Source of the DNA: Spironucleus salmonicida
Taxonomy: Eukaryota
Assembly (NCBI RefSeq): GCF_000497125.1
Contig: NC_090597.1
Coordinates: 1,127,797-1,191,796 of the forward strand
Direction: 5' to 3'
DNA length: 64,000 nucleotides
A model generated the notes under the pieces. The model did no database searches and was not told the origin of the DNA. It saw nothing but the letters and a program-made list of their open reading frames with translations. This document shows, one piece after another, positions 26,193 through 38,534 of this stretch. Made by a program: the position numbers and the translations under genes. Position 1 is the stretch's first letter; each line of letters opens with the position of its first letter.

Positions 26193-27443
26193 TCACTCCC
26201 TCTGTTTTTTCTTCTTTAAGCGCATGCAAACGCCCAGTATTGTACCTGTAATGAAAGCAACCAAGAATATCAACAAAAATCCCTCCATGGGATTCAAAGA
26301 CCCCGTTCTGCGCCATTTTTTAAACGACCCATCAAGCTTATCCAGCCCGCTGCTGCCCTATTTTACGTACCCGAAGTAGCTGCTATCCACCTCTGAGATC
26401 CTGCTTTTTTGTTCCAGTTTTGCCACCGCCACGCTGTAATACTGCTCGCTGCAAAGCGTGTTTTGGCCTCGCTCAACGTAGAAGTATCCGTAGTTGCCCC
26501 AGTGGCTCCCCCATGTGTTTTTCAGCACCCAAACGTCACGGCCTTTGAATCTTCCATAGCCGGCGAAAAGCACCTAGTGGTCAAGCGCTGCGCTGCAACC
26601 GCCACCAAGGACGTCCCCTGCGAACGAGCTGAGGAAAATACGATTTAGAAAGGTTGCAGATTTGACAGACATAGCGCCTGCAACGGCATTTCCAGCGTCG
26701 ATATGCTGCATGATCAGCTTTTCGTCGTCTGATGAAAACTTCAATTTTGAGACCGTGAAAACGCTGGAAAACAGCTCGGCGTACGTCATTTCCGGCATCG
26801 AGGGTATTGGAGTTTTTTGGTCTAGAAACTCTCGAATTGCCACTCCAAAATCGCCCCCTTTGCAGCCAAAGTTGTTTTTGGAGTCTTGCATGATTTGCGA
26901 TTCTGCGATTCTCGCCTTAATGTTGCTTTGCAGCAGCCGGTTTTCGACCGCGTAGGCAACCACGACCGCCCAGCAGGAGCCGCAGGAGCCCTGGTTTCGG
27001 GACAGCGACTGGAGGCCGGTTAGCCTGGTGTCAATACTCATTTCGAACGTTCGTAGTGAAATTAGTGAAATATTACATTTTTTGATACGTTTAAAAATCA
27101 ATTAGGTAGCAAATAAAATGTAGATTACAGAGAAGTGGAATTACTATTGCAAAATAGTGCAAATAGTGTTTATATGGAGATGGCGTATTAAGATATGTTT
27201 ATTGGTTGGGTGAACATTTTAACAGTAGTTATAATTTTTTGAAATTTAGATCTAGTAGATGTAATGTTTTTGATATAATTAAGTAAAAAATAAGATTTCC
27301 AGATAGATATCGTGAAAACATTAGATTGACCGTGCATTATTAATGCTGAATAAATATTGAATACAGCAAATTTAAATTTTGAAGTATAGCAGATAGTATT
27401 TAAAATCTAGAGAGAATAAATAAATAATTAAGTTTAAAACCAT
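26193..27443 (-). CDS. Papain-family (C1A) cysteine protease with C-terminal TM anchor
   Basis: NQGSCGSCWA (catalytic Cys), LDHQVL (His), LKNTWG (Asn); TM LLIFLVAFITGTILGVCM then RLKKKK. Start uncertain: frame open to ATG 27443, alternative ATG at 27041. Confidence 0.85.
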
Positions 27444-27490
27444 TATGTATTTTTAATTTTTTATAAAATAAGATAGTTTGTTAAAAATTA

Positions 27491-27994
27491 TCACATATCT
27501 TCTTCTCCCTCACATTCAAATACATCGATTATTTCAGCTCCTCCAACCACTTCACCAGTGCCACCAATCTCCTCGCAGATTCTAATTTGTTCAGAATTTT
27601 TTATGTTTTATGCCATATTTTATATTTTTTCGTTTCTTTCAAATTCGTATTCAGCACATTCTGCTGCTGCATGAGATTAAGCTGCCTGAGAGGCTGCTAA
27701 CAGATATTATGACTGCAATTCAAAAAGTTCATTTTCAATATCATCTCTACTTTTAGGCGAAGGACGGGTAATATTAGTAGAAACATGCACTGATAATATT
27801 TATGAACGTAACGGTGAAGTTATTTTATTACAAATTTCTAGCTCCTTGTCTAAATCTAATTTATCTAGTGACGTTTATGATTGTGCTAAAAAGTCTTAGT
27901 TCTTATTTTCTTATTCTTATAACTAATTTATTTCATTTTATAGATCTTTTTAGTGAGCCATTGAATCGAACTGCTATGTAAGATAATCTGACAT
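27491..27994 (-). CDS. Hypothetical coiled-coil protein (167 aa)
   Basis: MSDYLTQQFDSMAH...ECEGEDM*; C-rich motif upstream. Confidence 0.7.
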
Positions 27995-28051
27995 TTTTAA
28001 CTTAGAGTGGGCGGAAGAATAATATATTACCTATTATATAAAATAATTAAT

Positions 28052-28708
28052 TCACTAATTATCATCGCATTATCTTTCCACTAAGCATTCAACTATATTT
28101 TCCCAACTAACAATTTGAATTTTATCTTTGGGGAATATTAGCCCCGCTCGCATTATGGCTCCTCCTTCGTACTCTTCAGGAAGAACTAAGCTAGCTCTAC
28201 TTTCTCTGCAAGCACATACGGTAAATGGTGTCTTAACCTTTTTAAGCTCCATTTCAGCTGGTTTTCTTTATAGGAAATAATCTATATGTGCAATTTTTTG
28301 TTCTAACTCGCTGATTTAAACTGTAAGTAATTCATTTTCAGCTTAAATCTCTTCTTAAGTAGCGTTTTCTAAAAATTACTCTGAGTATTTGCAGTCAGAA
28401 GATTCATCATCAAGATTTGCTGACAAAGAAACTGAACGTGAAATTGGAGCACCTTCAGAACCAGGAAAACCTTTCCAGAATAAAACTTTTTCGGATTTTA
28501 CAAGTAAATCTAAAGCTAAAAACGTAGAGAGAGAATCATAGATTCTACGCTTTACTGTCGCATGTTTTCCTGTATCCTAAAGTAACCCCAAACGGCGTAA
28601 TATTTCCATCTCTAGATCAGTTTATTTTGCTACACCTTTTTCATACATCACATCACGAATATAATGCGTGATAGATGCTAGAAAGCCTTCTTTATTTTCC
28701 TCTGTCAT
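28052..28708 (-). CDS. E2F/DP winged-helix transcription factor, DP-like
   Basis: TVKRRIYDSLSTFLALDLLVKSEKVLFWKGFP matches the DP RRVYDALNVLMA...IKWIGLP motif; coiled coil follows. Confidence 0.8.
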
Positions 28709-28801
28709 TTTAAAATTTTAAAATTATATACATTATATATAATAACTTCCTATTTATTGATAATACAGGAATTATTTTATATATAATATATTAATTAAAA
28801 A

Positions 28802-29104
28802 ATGGAACGACCTAAAATAAGAATCAAACCTAAATTATCATAAGAAGACACTAGTAGCTAAGCTACAATTAGAAATATATCATAAAATTAAACCAATGAA
28901 TCCTAAAATATTAAATAGAAAATTAAAAACAAAAACAAAAATGAGTAAATAACTGTGAATACTAAGTCTTAAGTGTATTTAAGATTTTTTAAAGATACTC
29001 ATGAAATGAACCTTTAAAAACTTGTATTTGAGTTGTCTGATTCTGATCTCTCCTAACATTCACAAAAATGCGAAAAATTTAATATAACTTCAGACTCACA
29101 TTGA
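28802..29104 (+). CDS. Hypothetical protein (100 aa)
   Basis: MERPKIRIKPKLSQED...TSDSH* with TAR=Gln. Confidence 0.5.
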
Positions 29105-29285
29105 TATCTAGATTGATCTTTTTCAGTATATATTTAGCATTATTAGTTATTTATTTTATTGTCATGATATATTAATGATAATTTTTATTTTCTTGCCTAC
29201 CAGCTTCTCAATCAATTTCAGAAACAAAATATCAACTTTATATATAGTAATTTATGCAAATTTTTACGTACCCTTTCTTTTAGCA

Positions 29286-30170
29286 ATGAACTTACGAGGT
29301 TTCAGAAAACTATTACTCTTAGCGACAAAATCTGTACTTAAAAATGATTTAACATTTCAAGATGTTTTTACATCTTATCCAAACTTACCTACTCCTGTTA
29401 CACCTTCCTAGCCGTAGCCTAAAAATTCGTCAATATACTCTGTTATTTCTATATAATCATAAATCTAAAATTCTTCTAGATTATCTAATAAGTCATCTTA
29501 ACCAATAGTGTAATATAAGTCTTCTCCTAAGACGCCTTAACCTAAAAATTATTTGAAAACTACCTTTTTAAATAAACTACAGTAACAAATATCATAAATT
29601 CTATTTCAACATTTCCATAATGCAATTCTTCCTAAGCCGTTTGCTAATGAGCAAACATTTTCACTTTATATTTCGGCACTATTAACCTTATCTCACTATA
29701 AAATTTACACGGCAAAAAATTTAAACTCATAATATGAATCGCAATCTCTAACTTAGTTTTCGTTATAAAATTTTTTACAGCCAATGTTTAGCAGGTAGCA
29801 GACTAAGGATCTTCTAAAAATAGCTACAGCAGCAGATAAAATTTAGCTAGGTTAAGAATTTGGAATTTCTATAGATTAGCTAGACGAAATAGAAAATTGG
29901 ATTCAATATGCTTTTTCTGTATAAGTTGATAGTATAAATAATAAAACTCCAGATAATGATAATGAGAGTGTGTATGTTGATGATAATTTTGATGATTTTT
30001 TGTTTTTTGAAGAGTAAGACTTTAACGAAACATAACTAAATATTATTGCTCGCAACATAACTATTACTTAACAGAATCAAATTGTTAAGAAAAGTGTTAT
30101 TTATGAGGAAAATAACGTAGATCCATTTAGTAGAAAAAAAGGTAATAGAAGAAGTAGAATTATGAAGTGA
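29286..30170 (+). CDS. Hypothetical protein (294 aa)
   Basis: ATG 29286 in frame with AAG TGA ending at 30170; acidic and basic C-terminal patches. Confidence 0.65.
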
Positions 30171-30830
30171 GTTATATCTAGTACTCATTTGTTTTATTTT
30201 TATTATTAATTATGATTAATTTTATAGTATTATAACATATAACAAAACCTAACATTATATATTTTAGGCTTTCTTGACAATAAATTATCCTGCTTAACAA
30301 AGAAAATAATAGTCCTATTCAATGAGTATATGAATGGGTTACCATTACGCTTAATTTATTTACGACTACTATTATACAATTTAGTTAATGAGATTAATTA
30401 ACATATTTTGATAAAGGTGATCGCAAAACTTTACATTAGATATATTTCAATATTTAGATAAAATACTTCATAGCAAATTAAAATATTTATATAACTATGT
30501 TTTTAACAAAGATCTATTAATATCGCATTTATGGGCAAATATCATTATAACCATAGGTATATTTATTATTTTGCTATTCCAATTAGCCTAAAAACGTATT
30601 TAAGATTAAATAAGAACTAACTGCTTTAATAATTAGAAAATATAATATTATAAATGCTTTCATTTTTAAATGTGAATTAAAAGTGCATTATAGACTTAAG
30701 ATAAAATAATCCCTAAATTGTGGTATGAATAAACCTTTCTAAAGGAGAGTATAAGCAATGTTTTTAACATTTTAATCTAATTATATATCATAATTATTAT
30801 ATTTTACTTATGCTTTCCCTTTTACATATA

Positions 30831-33293
30831 ATGACCAAACCTTCATAAGATACTGAGATCAAAAAAGGTCACACCGGTGACTACGTCATTAAGAAAACGA
30901 AGACCGAGTTGAGCGAGATGAGGTTTCCCAACCGATTCATAGTGGAGGACTACGCCGACGGCGACAACTCGGTCGTCCAGATCAACCCCACGAAGTTCGA
31001 CCAGCTGGAGTTGTTCCAGGACGACATCGTAGAGATTCGCGGCAGGTTCAAGAAGTTCACCCACGCCATGGTGACGCCCAACCCCAGCCTGGACCCGACG
31101 AAGATTCTGATGAATAAGTCAGTGCGCAAGAACGCCAACGTCAACCTCGGCGACATCGTCTCCATCCACGCCGCCCCGGAGGTGCAGCAGGGCGCCCGGA
31201 TCAAGATCCTGCCCTTCAACGACGATGTGGCCGGCTACACGGAGGACTTCTTCGACACGCACATCCGCCCGTTCTTCAAGGACAAGTTCCGCCCCATCAC
31301 CGAGAACGACACCTTCATCATCAACGAGGGCCCCAAGCCGATCGAGTTCAAGGTGGTCCTCGTCGACCCCTCCCCGGTGTGCATCGTCGCAGAGGGCGTG
31401 GAGATCTTCACCGAGGGCGACCCGATCTCCCGCGAGGAGGACGAGAAGACCCGCAAGGAGATGATCGGCTACTCGGACCTCGGGGGCATCAAGAAGGAGC
31501 TGCAGCAGATCCGCGAGATGATCGAGCTGCCCCTCAAGCACCCCCAGCTCTTCGAGAACCTCGGCATCAAGCCGCCCCGCGGCATCCTCATGCACGGACC
31601 ACCGGGCTGCGGCAAGTCCTCCATCGGGCGCGCCATCGCCAACGAGACCGGCGCCTTCTTCCTGCTCATCAACGGCCCCGAGATCATGTCCTCCATGGCC
31701 GGCGAGTCCGAGAAGAACCTCCGCTCCGCCTTCGAGAAGGCCGACGAGGAGGCGCTCGCCCGCGGCTGCGCCATCATCTTCATCGACGAGATCGACGTCA
31801 TCGGCGGCTCCCGCGAGGAGTCCAAGGGCGAGGTCGAGAAGCGAATCGTGTCCCAGCTGCTCACGCTCATGGACGGCATCAAGCCCCGCTCCAACGTGCT
31901 GGTCCTCGCCGCCACCAACCGGCCCAACGCCCTGGACGCGTCCCTGCGCCGCTTTGGCCGCTTCGACCGCGAGATCTGCCTGTCCGTGCCTGACATCGAC
32001 GGCCGTCTCAGCATCCTGAAGATCAAGACCAAGAAGATGCGCCTCGCCGAGGACATCGACTTCGAGTACCTGGCGGACAACACCAACGGCTTCGTGGGCG
32101 CCGACATCGCGCAGCTCTGCACCGAGGCCGCCATGCTCTGCATCCGCGAGAAGTCCGAGATGATTGACTTCGAGGAGGCGAACCTCCCCGCTGGCATGAT
32201 CGACTCCATGTTCATCGAGATGGCGCACTTCAAGACCGCGCTGAACTCAATCAACCCCTCCACGCTGCGCGACACGGTCGTGGAGATGCCCAAGACCACC
32301 TGGGACGACATCGGCGGCCTCCACGAGGTCAAGAAGAACCTCAAGGAGCTCATCCAGTACCCGATCCAGTACGCCGACCAGTACGAGCGCCTCGGCATCG
32401 ACCCCTCCCGCGGCTGCCTCTTCTTCGGTCCACCCGGGAACGGCAAGACGCTCCTCGCGAAGGCCATCGCGAACGAGTGCCAGTCCAACTTCATCTCCGT
32501 CAAGGGCCCCGAGCTCATGTCCAAGTGGGTCGGCGAGTCCGAGCGCGGCGTGCGCCAGATCTTCGACAAGGCCAGGCAGGCGCAACCCTGCGTGCTCTTC
32601 CTCGACGAGCTCGATTCGATCGCGAAGCACCGCGGCGGGGGAGGCGGCGGCGAGGGCGTGACGGACCGCATGGTGAACCAGCTGCTCACTGAAATCGACG
32701 GCGTGGGCGCCAAGAAGTCCGTATTCGTCATCGGGGCCACCAACCGACCTGACACGATAGATCCCGCCCTCATTCGCGGCGGGCGACTCGACCAGCTCAT
32801 CTACATCGGCATTCCTGACTATGATGGCCGTTTTGGTATTCTTTCGGCTGCTCTCCGAAAGTCAAAAATCGAAGACGGTATAGACCTTCAAAAAATAGCA
32901 CAAGCAACTGATGGATACTCGGGTGCAGACCTTAGCGAAATCTGCCAGAAGGCAGTTTAGTTTGCGATTCGCAACAGCGTCCGGAAATTCAATGAGGGAA
33001 TGGCGGCATGCGACGGCGATATGGAGGCGGCAAGGAGGCTAGAGACAGAATTTCAGAGCGGTGTTATCTAAAAAGAAGACTTTGTTAACGCGGTAAGGGA
33101 ATCCCGCTAGAGTGTATCGTCCAAGGATTTGATAAAGTATGAGGCGTTTAAGGAGATGTTCTGCGGGGGCGCGAGCAAGGGATCAAGTTCCAACGAAAAA
33201 ATCGTGAATTTCGACTTCGAATCCGTAGGGGCTCTGCTGAAACGGAAGCCCCAAGGCGGTAAAAAGGTCCTCAAGGACGACGAGATGTTCTGA
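30831..33293 (+). CDS. CDC48: CDC48/p97/VCP AAA+ ATPase, paralog A (820 aa)
   Basis: MTKPSQDTEIKKG...; N domain; D1 GPPGCGKS/IIFIDEID; D2 GPPGNGKT/VLFLDELD; reads through TAG 32958 to ...KDDEMF*. Confidence 0.95.
30852..32836 (+). repeat. Left arm of 1985-bp inverted repeat (shared CDC48 core)
   Basis: x maps to 75605-x; only two differences noticed (Ile/Val codon in EGDP[I/V]SREE; synonymous ATT/ATC in EMIDF). Confidence 0.95.
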
Positions 33294-33321
33294 GCTTATT
33301 ATATTATGAATAAATTAAAAT

Positions 33322-34281
33322 TCACGCCTCGGTGTTTCCGATCTAGCAGCTTCCGTTGGCCTGTTCCGAAATGCAGACTGTATCAGGGTCTGTGGGGACG
33401 ACGTTTTGTTGCTTTTTCTCTCCGAGCCACTCAGCTACGATGTACAGCACTACGCTACCGAGCATCCCGAAGCCGATTAGAATCTGCCACCATACAAACT
33501 TGCTCTTGAAATGCAAAACATCGACTGGGAATGTGAAGACGGGCACCAAAACGCTACACATCATGAAAAACACAGCATTGCTTCTTCCAATCACGTACAA
33601 ACCGAGGAAAATATAAAAAGCAGCAATTATTCCATACAAAACCAGAAGGCCAATGCCCCCAGCATTTGCTGCAACGAAAAGCGACGTCTCCAGACTCACG
33701 CAAAGCACCACACTTAAAAGCACGCCACTCAGGCCCATTTTACTCATATACTCGAAAGTGCTCATCTAGCTGCCGAATTTCTGCATCATAACGCTGCTAA
33801 GGCCGAAGAGAAAAGCTCCTAGAATGCCTAAAATGGAGCCTGTAAGCTTCGTTCCTGAGTAGTCAGTACCAGCAAACCCAGCAGAAAATCCCATGGCTAA
33901 TAAAACTGCGACAATATGGAGAGCTGTAAAACGGTTTTTGATGATACATAGTGAGAAAATTAGCGAAGCTGGCATCGCAAGCGTCTAGAAGAGCGAAACT
34001 GAGGATACGGATGTGAGAGGAAATGCGTAAACAATACATGCTGTACCAGCAAAATCTACTACTCCATTAAGTAAAGGAAAAATGCACTATTTCCAGTGCT
34101 TGTGCGAGCTAGGGAAAACTACCAGAATAGCCTAGAAAAAATAAAAAGTAAGCGTGGAGAAAAATGGCATAGATAGTGAATATGATGTATCTACTTGCTT
34201 TTAAATTATTCCAAGAGATGAATTTAGAATAGCAAGAATAAGTCCAAGTAAAAAAGTCACGGCGGTCTAAGCAAATCTCAT
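33322..34281 (-). CDS. DMT/EamA superfamily transporter, SLC35F-like
   Basis: About 10 TM segments; DFAGTACIVYAFPLTSVSSVSLFQTLAMP and GSILGILGAFLFGLSSVMMQ resemble SLC35F1/2. Confidence 0.75.
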
Positions 34282-35036
34282 TTGTGAAGTGTATGAATAC
34301 ATATATATGATAATAATATTAAATTAATCATTAAGTCTCATCAAAACTTAAAAAATATATAAGGTGATTCTAAATATAGCTAAGTATAATGGGTAAAAAT
34401 TATTGACATACCTTATTATATAAAAGATCTGTATGTAATTTGTATATAATAAAGCTTTATTCTCAAAGAAATATGTGTGGTTTTTTGGTATTATTAATAA
34501 ATCATTCAAATTGTGGTTTTATAATAATACAACTAATACGTATAATTTTAAGTAATTTCTGATTAGTGTCAACTTCTTTTTGTAATACTATATTCTAATA
34601 AAATAATAAATAATATTGATAGGAAACAAAATATTTTATTGAAATAATAATGTATGCTTAAACAGTTTGGCTAAAAATTTACAATATAAAATTTATGAGG
34701 TATTTAATTTCTATTTTAAAAATTATAATTGTGTTAGTTTCTCTATTATTATTGAAATGTAAGTATATAAATTATCCAAAGGATTAAAGTTATTTCGTGA
34801 CATATTAATATATATGAATTTTGAAATTTTTTCAAATTATATACAATGCCGTATATTATAATAGGAATAATATACAAATTATATATTAGTATATAATATT
34901 ATTTAAATATTAAATTTTCATTTAGAAGTTATATTTGATAATTGGTTAAATATTATAGTACATAATTATGATTTTGTCCACCAATTTTAATATATATATA
35001 TATATCTTCATTAATAATATAAATAAAACTTAAAAA

Positions 35037-36803
35037 ATGATTACTCTATTAACAGCATAATTTGGATATTGTTCCCCAACAGAAATGAATTTTTATACTA
35101 CTAAGTTTCCTTAATTCATTACAGAATGGTGGAATAGTAACCCCAATATATTTACGTCTTTGTTATCGTCTCCTAAGTTATAAGAGACATTTCAATTGCA
35201 AAAATAACAAAGAATTATTGTTGTTGGTACTTTACTGTAATATTTAGATGAAGATTTAATGAATATTAATAATATCATAAAAGATTATAAGTAAATTATA
35301 TAGATTCCCCTTCCAGATGATTCTACGATGGCTTAATATTTTGCCGCACTCAAAAGTATAAAGTTAGAGGATAATGATGTAATTTTACTTCCAGTATTTA
35401 ATTGTAGGAGTCATGATAATTTTAATCCGACCGAGACTCTTTATGATAGAACAAATAATTATTATAAAGGTTCTAATTAGCTTCCCTTTTCACGAATATA
35501 ATCGTTAGAATAAATTTAAGAGAGTATATAAGGATATAGAGATTTATTTACTCACACGGTAACTACCAGTTAAACTTATCATAGTTTTAATTTATAAAAA
35601 CTTTCAATGTAGAATATTTTAATTATCACATCTGCACTGGATATGACTTCATCACTACAATTTAATTCTCTCTAATTCTGTCATATATCTCCTAATTACT
35701 AGCCTTAAACATCTATTGATAGTTGCTTTATAGCTGTTCCAATAGGAATGGGTAACAGAGGTATTAATGGAACGGGCAATATAGGAAACGGATTTGATAT
35801 CGTGACTAAATTTTATCTTCAATTTGAAAGAAATTAGTTACAGATTCATCATATTTTTAATGCATTAAAAAGCGCAATTTCATTAAAAAAATAAAATAAT
35901 TATTAAATAGAAGGATTTGGTAACGGAATGACGGATTTATCTTCCATAAGTCATATTATAGAAATAAATTAATAAGATGATTCTAATAACATTTTTGATG
36001 TTATAACAGCTGGAAATATTAAATCTGGTTAAATATTATAACTTAAGACATTTTAAATTTTAAGAATTTATGTCACTGCTCGTGGTTCCGTTGATGAATT
36101 TAATCCTATTTATGAAAATACATATAAAACTTCGTTACCAAATAATTAAGACGCTATGTTGAAGTATCAAAATATTAGATTCTATATTTGTTAAAAGCTT
36201 GGTACACTATATATACCTTAATATATAGGATAGCTACGAGGACATAGAGGATCATATTAGTATCTTATTTAAAGCTCATAATTATGGGGATAGCATATTT
36301 AAAATGATGTAATAGTGTGGTTTTCATTTGAATCAGACATAGTTAAAGTATAGCATGAAATAGCTTAAAACTTATAAATAGACAATGATCTAACTGTTTC
36401 ATTATAGTTTATAGGGTATACAATTGATGTATCTTTGTTAAGTATTTCTGATCCAAGATATGCAACAAAAAATACAGCATTGTATTTTTAAACTGAAGCA
36501 CGACATATTTATTCTGCGTGTGTAACTAAAACAATTGTTACAGTAAAAAAGCATAATATTGAATTATATGGTGATGATGTTTTGTCTATATAATTTGAAA
36601 ACGGAGAAACATGTAATATTTATTTTTGCATTACAGAACAGTCTATTCTTAATGTAATGCAACATGACTGTGCTAGGTCTTATGAATTTTATGTTGATTA
36701 ATATTCATCCGCAAGAGTTTTTTATGCGGGTATTGCTATAGGTATATTCTTTTTAATCTATTATTTAATAGTAATAATTCTGGTTTCCCGCTATAAATCT
36801 TGA
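35037..36803 (+). CDS. Hypothetical type I membrane protein (588 aa)
   Basis: MITLLTAQFGYC... in frame with TGA 36801; C-terminal TM (VFYAGIAIGIFFLIYYLIVIILV) then SRYKS. Confidence 0.7.
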
Positions 36804-36944
36804 GTAATATTCAACATATTAGTATTAAGTATTATTGAATGAAAACCATTTAACCAACCGTAAGTGAGTCTATTTTAGATTTTTTTAGACATACAATATT
36901 ATATTAAGTTAAATTTATTATTACTCTCTTCTTTCCGCAATAAA

Positions 36945-37403
36945 ATGCCCTAACATAGTTTCCTTAAGACGTCAAAAGCATATGACACTTCATATGCACA
37001 AGGCAACTCAATTACTTATACTCCAACTCCATCTGTTGAAGAACGTTAATTTTGGTCATAATCTTAATACAACGAAACAAAACCGTTTGGCATGAATTTA
37101 GCATCTACTACCTTAACTACGTATGTTGAAAAACCATCAGCTTGCATTCATAATTGCACATACCATGCAAAGGATATTTTATGTAAATCACGTCCCATTA
37201 AATTAGATACTTCAACAAGACTCCCATCTAGCTACAATTAAACAGCTCTTAATGAGGCTCCTAGCAACTCTGCATTTGCAGAGAATAATCACAATCTTAA
37301 TGTTACTTTGCCTTTTGTTAGAGATCCAGCAAAGAGATTTACTACTGAAAAAGTAAAAACTTAAAGATATGTTAAAGATATAAAACCGGTTGGATGGTTC
37401 TGA
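36945..37403 (+). CDS. Hypothetical protein (152 aa)
   Basis: MPQHSFLKTSKAYDTSY...IKPVGWF*; CTTTCCGC upstream. Confidence 0.7.
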
Positions 37404-37489
37404 GAAAATTATTATCTCTATTTTTATTATTTAAATTCAATTATATTTTAGTACAGTATAATAATTAACTTTTTCACTTCAGCAAACAA

Positions 37490-37900
37490 ATGGATTTAAC
37501 AACAATTGACTTAACTAGCGCAAATTAAATCCCAAATGATCTTAAGTTCAACGCGGAGCTGGACTTCGTGAACCAGCTGGCCTACGACGAGTACGTGGTG
37601 TACCTGCTGGAGCACGGCTTCTTCGAGCAGGAGGCGTTCATCCGCTACGTGCGCTACCTGAACTACTTCGCCCGGCCCGAGTACGCACGCTTCCTCCGCA
37701 ATGCCCGCTCGGTGTTCTACCTGGAGCGCCTAACGGATGAGACCTTCCGGCGCAACCTGGCTGTGCAGATCACCATCGGCGAGGGCAGCGTGGCGGAGGA
37801 GCACACCTACTGCAACTTTCTGGACTACTGCCAGCAACAGAGCCAGGTGAGCCAGAACTACTTCGAGGCCAAGGAGCGTGCCGTCGAGCAGGGCGAGTGA
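37490..37900 (+). CDS. MED31: Mediator subunit Med31/Soh1
   Basis: KFNAELDFVNQLAYDEYVVYLLEHGFFEQEAFIRYVRYLNYFARPEYARFL matches RFEVELEFVQ.LA...YL.YL...YF....FI.YL.YL.YW..PEY. Confidence 0.85.
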
Positions 37901-37962
37901 GTGCGTGCCAGTGTGGAGCGGACGTTCCGGGCCTTATATATCTGCATCCGCGTCCCCCCAGA

Positions 37963-38175
37963 ATGTTCCGCCAAGAGGACGTGCAGGTCTTCCTCCGCCG
38001 CAACTTCCCCGGACTCAAGCTGGCGCACACGACGAAGCCCCTGCTCGCGGACCTCGCGAACCTGGTCGCCGCCGCCGTGCTGCTGCGGACCGTGCCGTCC
38101 GTGCGCAAGCGCCAGCGCGTGGAGGCGGGCCCGGCGGACGTGCAGCGGGCCATCGACCTGGTGCTTCCCGAGTGA
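37963..38175 (+). CDS. Minimal histone-fold protein (H2B/CENP-W-like, 70 aa)
   Basis: VQVFLRRNFPGLKLAHTTKPLLADLANLVAAAVLLRT...RQRVEAGPADVQRAIDLVLPE has the helix spacing of H2B IYKVLKQVHP...REIQTAVRLLLPGE. Confidence 0.6.
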   Translation: MFRQEDVQVFLRRNFPGLKLAHTTKPLLADLANLVAAAVLLRTVPSVRKRQRVEAGPADVQRAIDLVLPE

Positions 38176-38255
38176 TCGTAAGGCCTCACTGCCCGGGCCG
38201 TACGGCGCCCGTCGCTCTGTAGCCGCCAGGACTCAGCGCAGAACCGCAAACACAC

Positions 38256-38534
38256 TCACTCCATGGCCTGCAGCACCGCGAGCAGCACGTCCAGCTGGAT
38301 CGGCGCGTCGGCCTCGCGCGGGAACTTCCTACCGAGCCGCCTGAACTTGAAGCGGTCGGTGTCCTGCCGCATGCGGTGCAGCTTGGACGTGCACTGGGAC
38401 AGCGTGCGGTGGGGCAGGCAGTTGCCGATATCCGTCCAGTCGATATGGCCCGTGGGGAACACATGCGTCTCCACGTAGCGGAACAGGGTCTGCTCGTCCT
38501 CGAGGGGCCAGCAGGGCGCGCGTGTGAAGGCCAT
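38256..38534 (-). CDS. Single-repeat Myb/SANT protein, GC-rich copy 1
   Basis: MAFTRAPCWPLEDEQTLFRYV...IDWTDIGNCLPHRTLSQCTSKLHRMRQ; start set by alignment with 25233-25517. Confidence 0.9.
   Translation of the reverse strand: MAFTRAPCWPLEDEQTLFRYVETHVFPTGHIDWTDIGNCLPHRTLSQCTSKLHRMRQDTDRFKFRRLGRKFPREADAPIQLDVLLAVLQAME

Noticed and set aside
31119-32800. Long antisense and alternate-frame ORFs over CDC48 (369, 443, 204 aa) and their mirrors at 42805-44486
   Set aside because: Shadow ORFs from extreme third-position GC bias; no recognisable motifs
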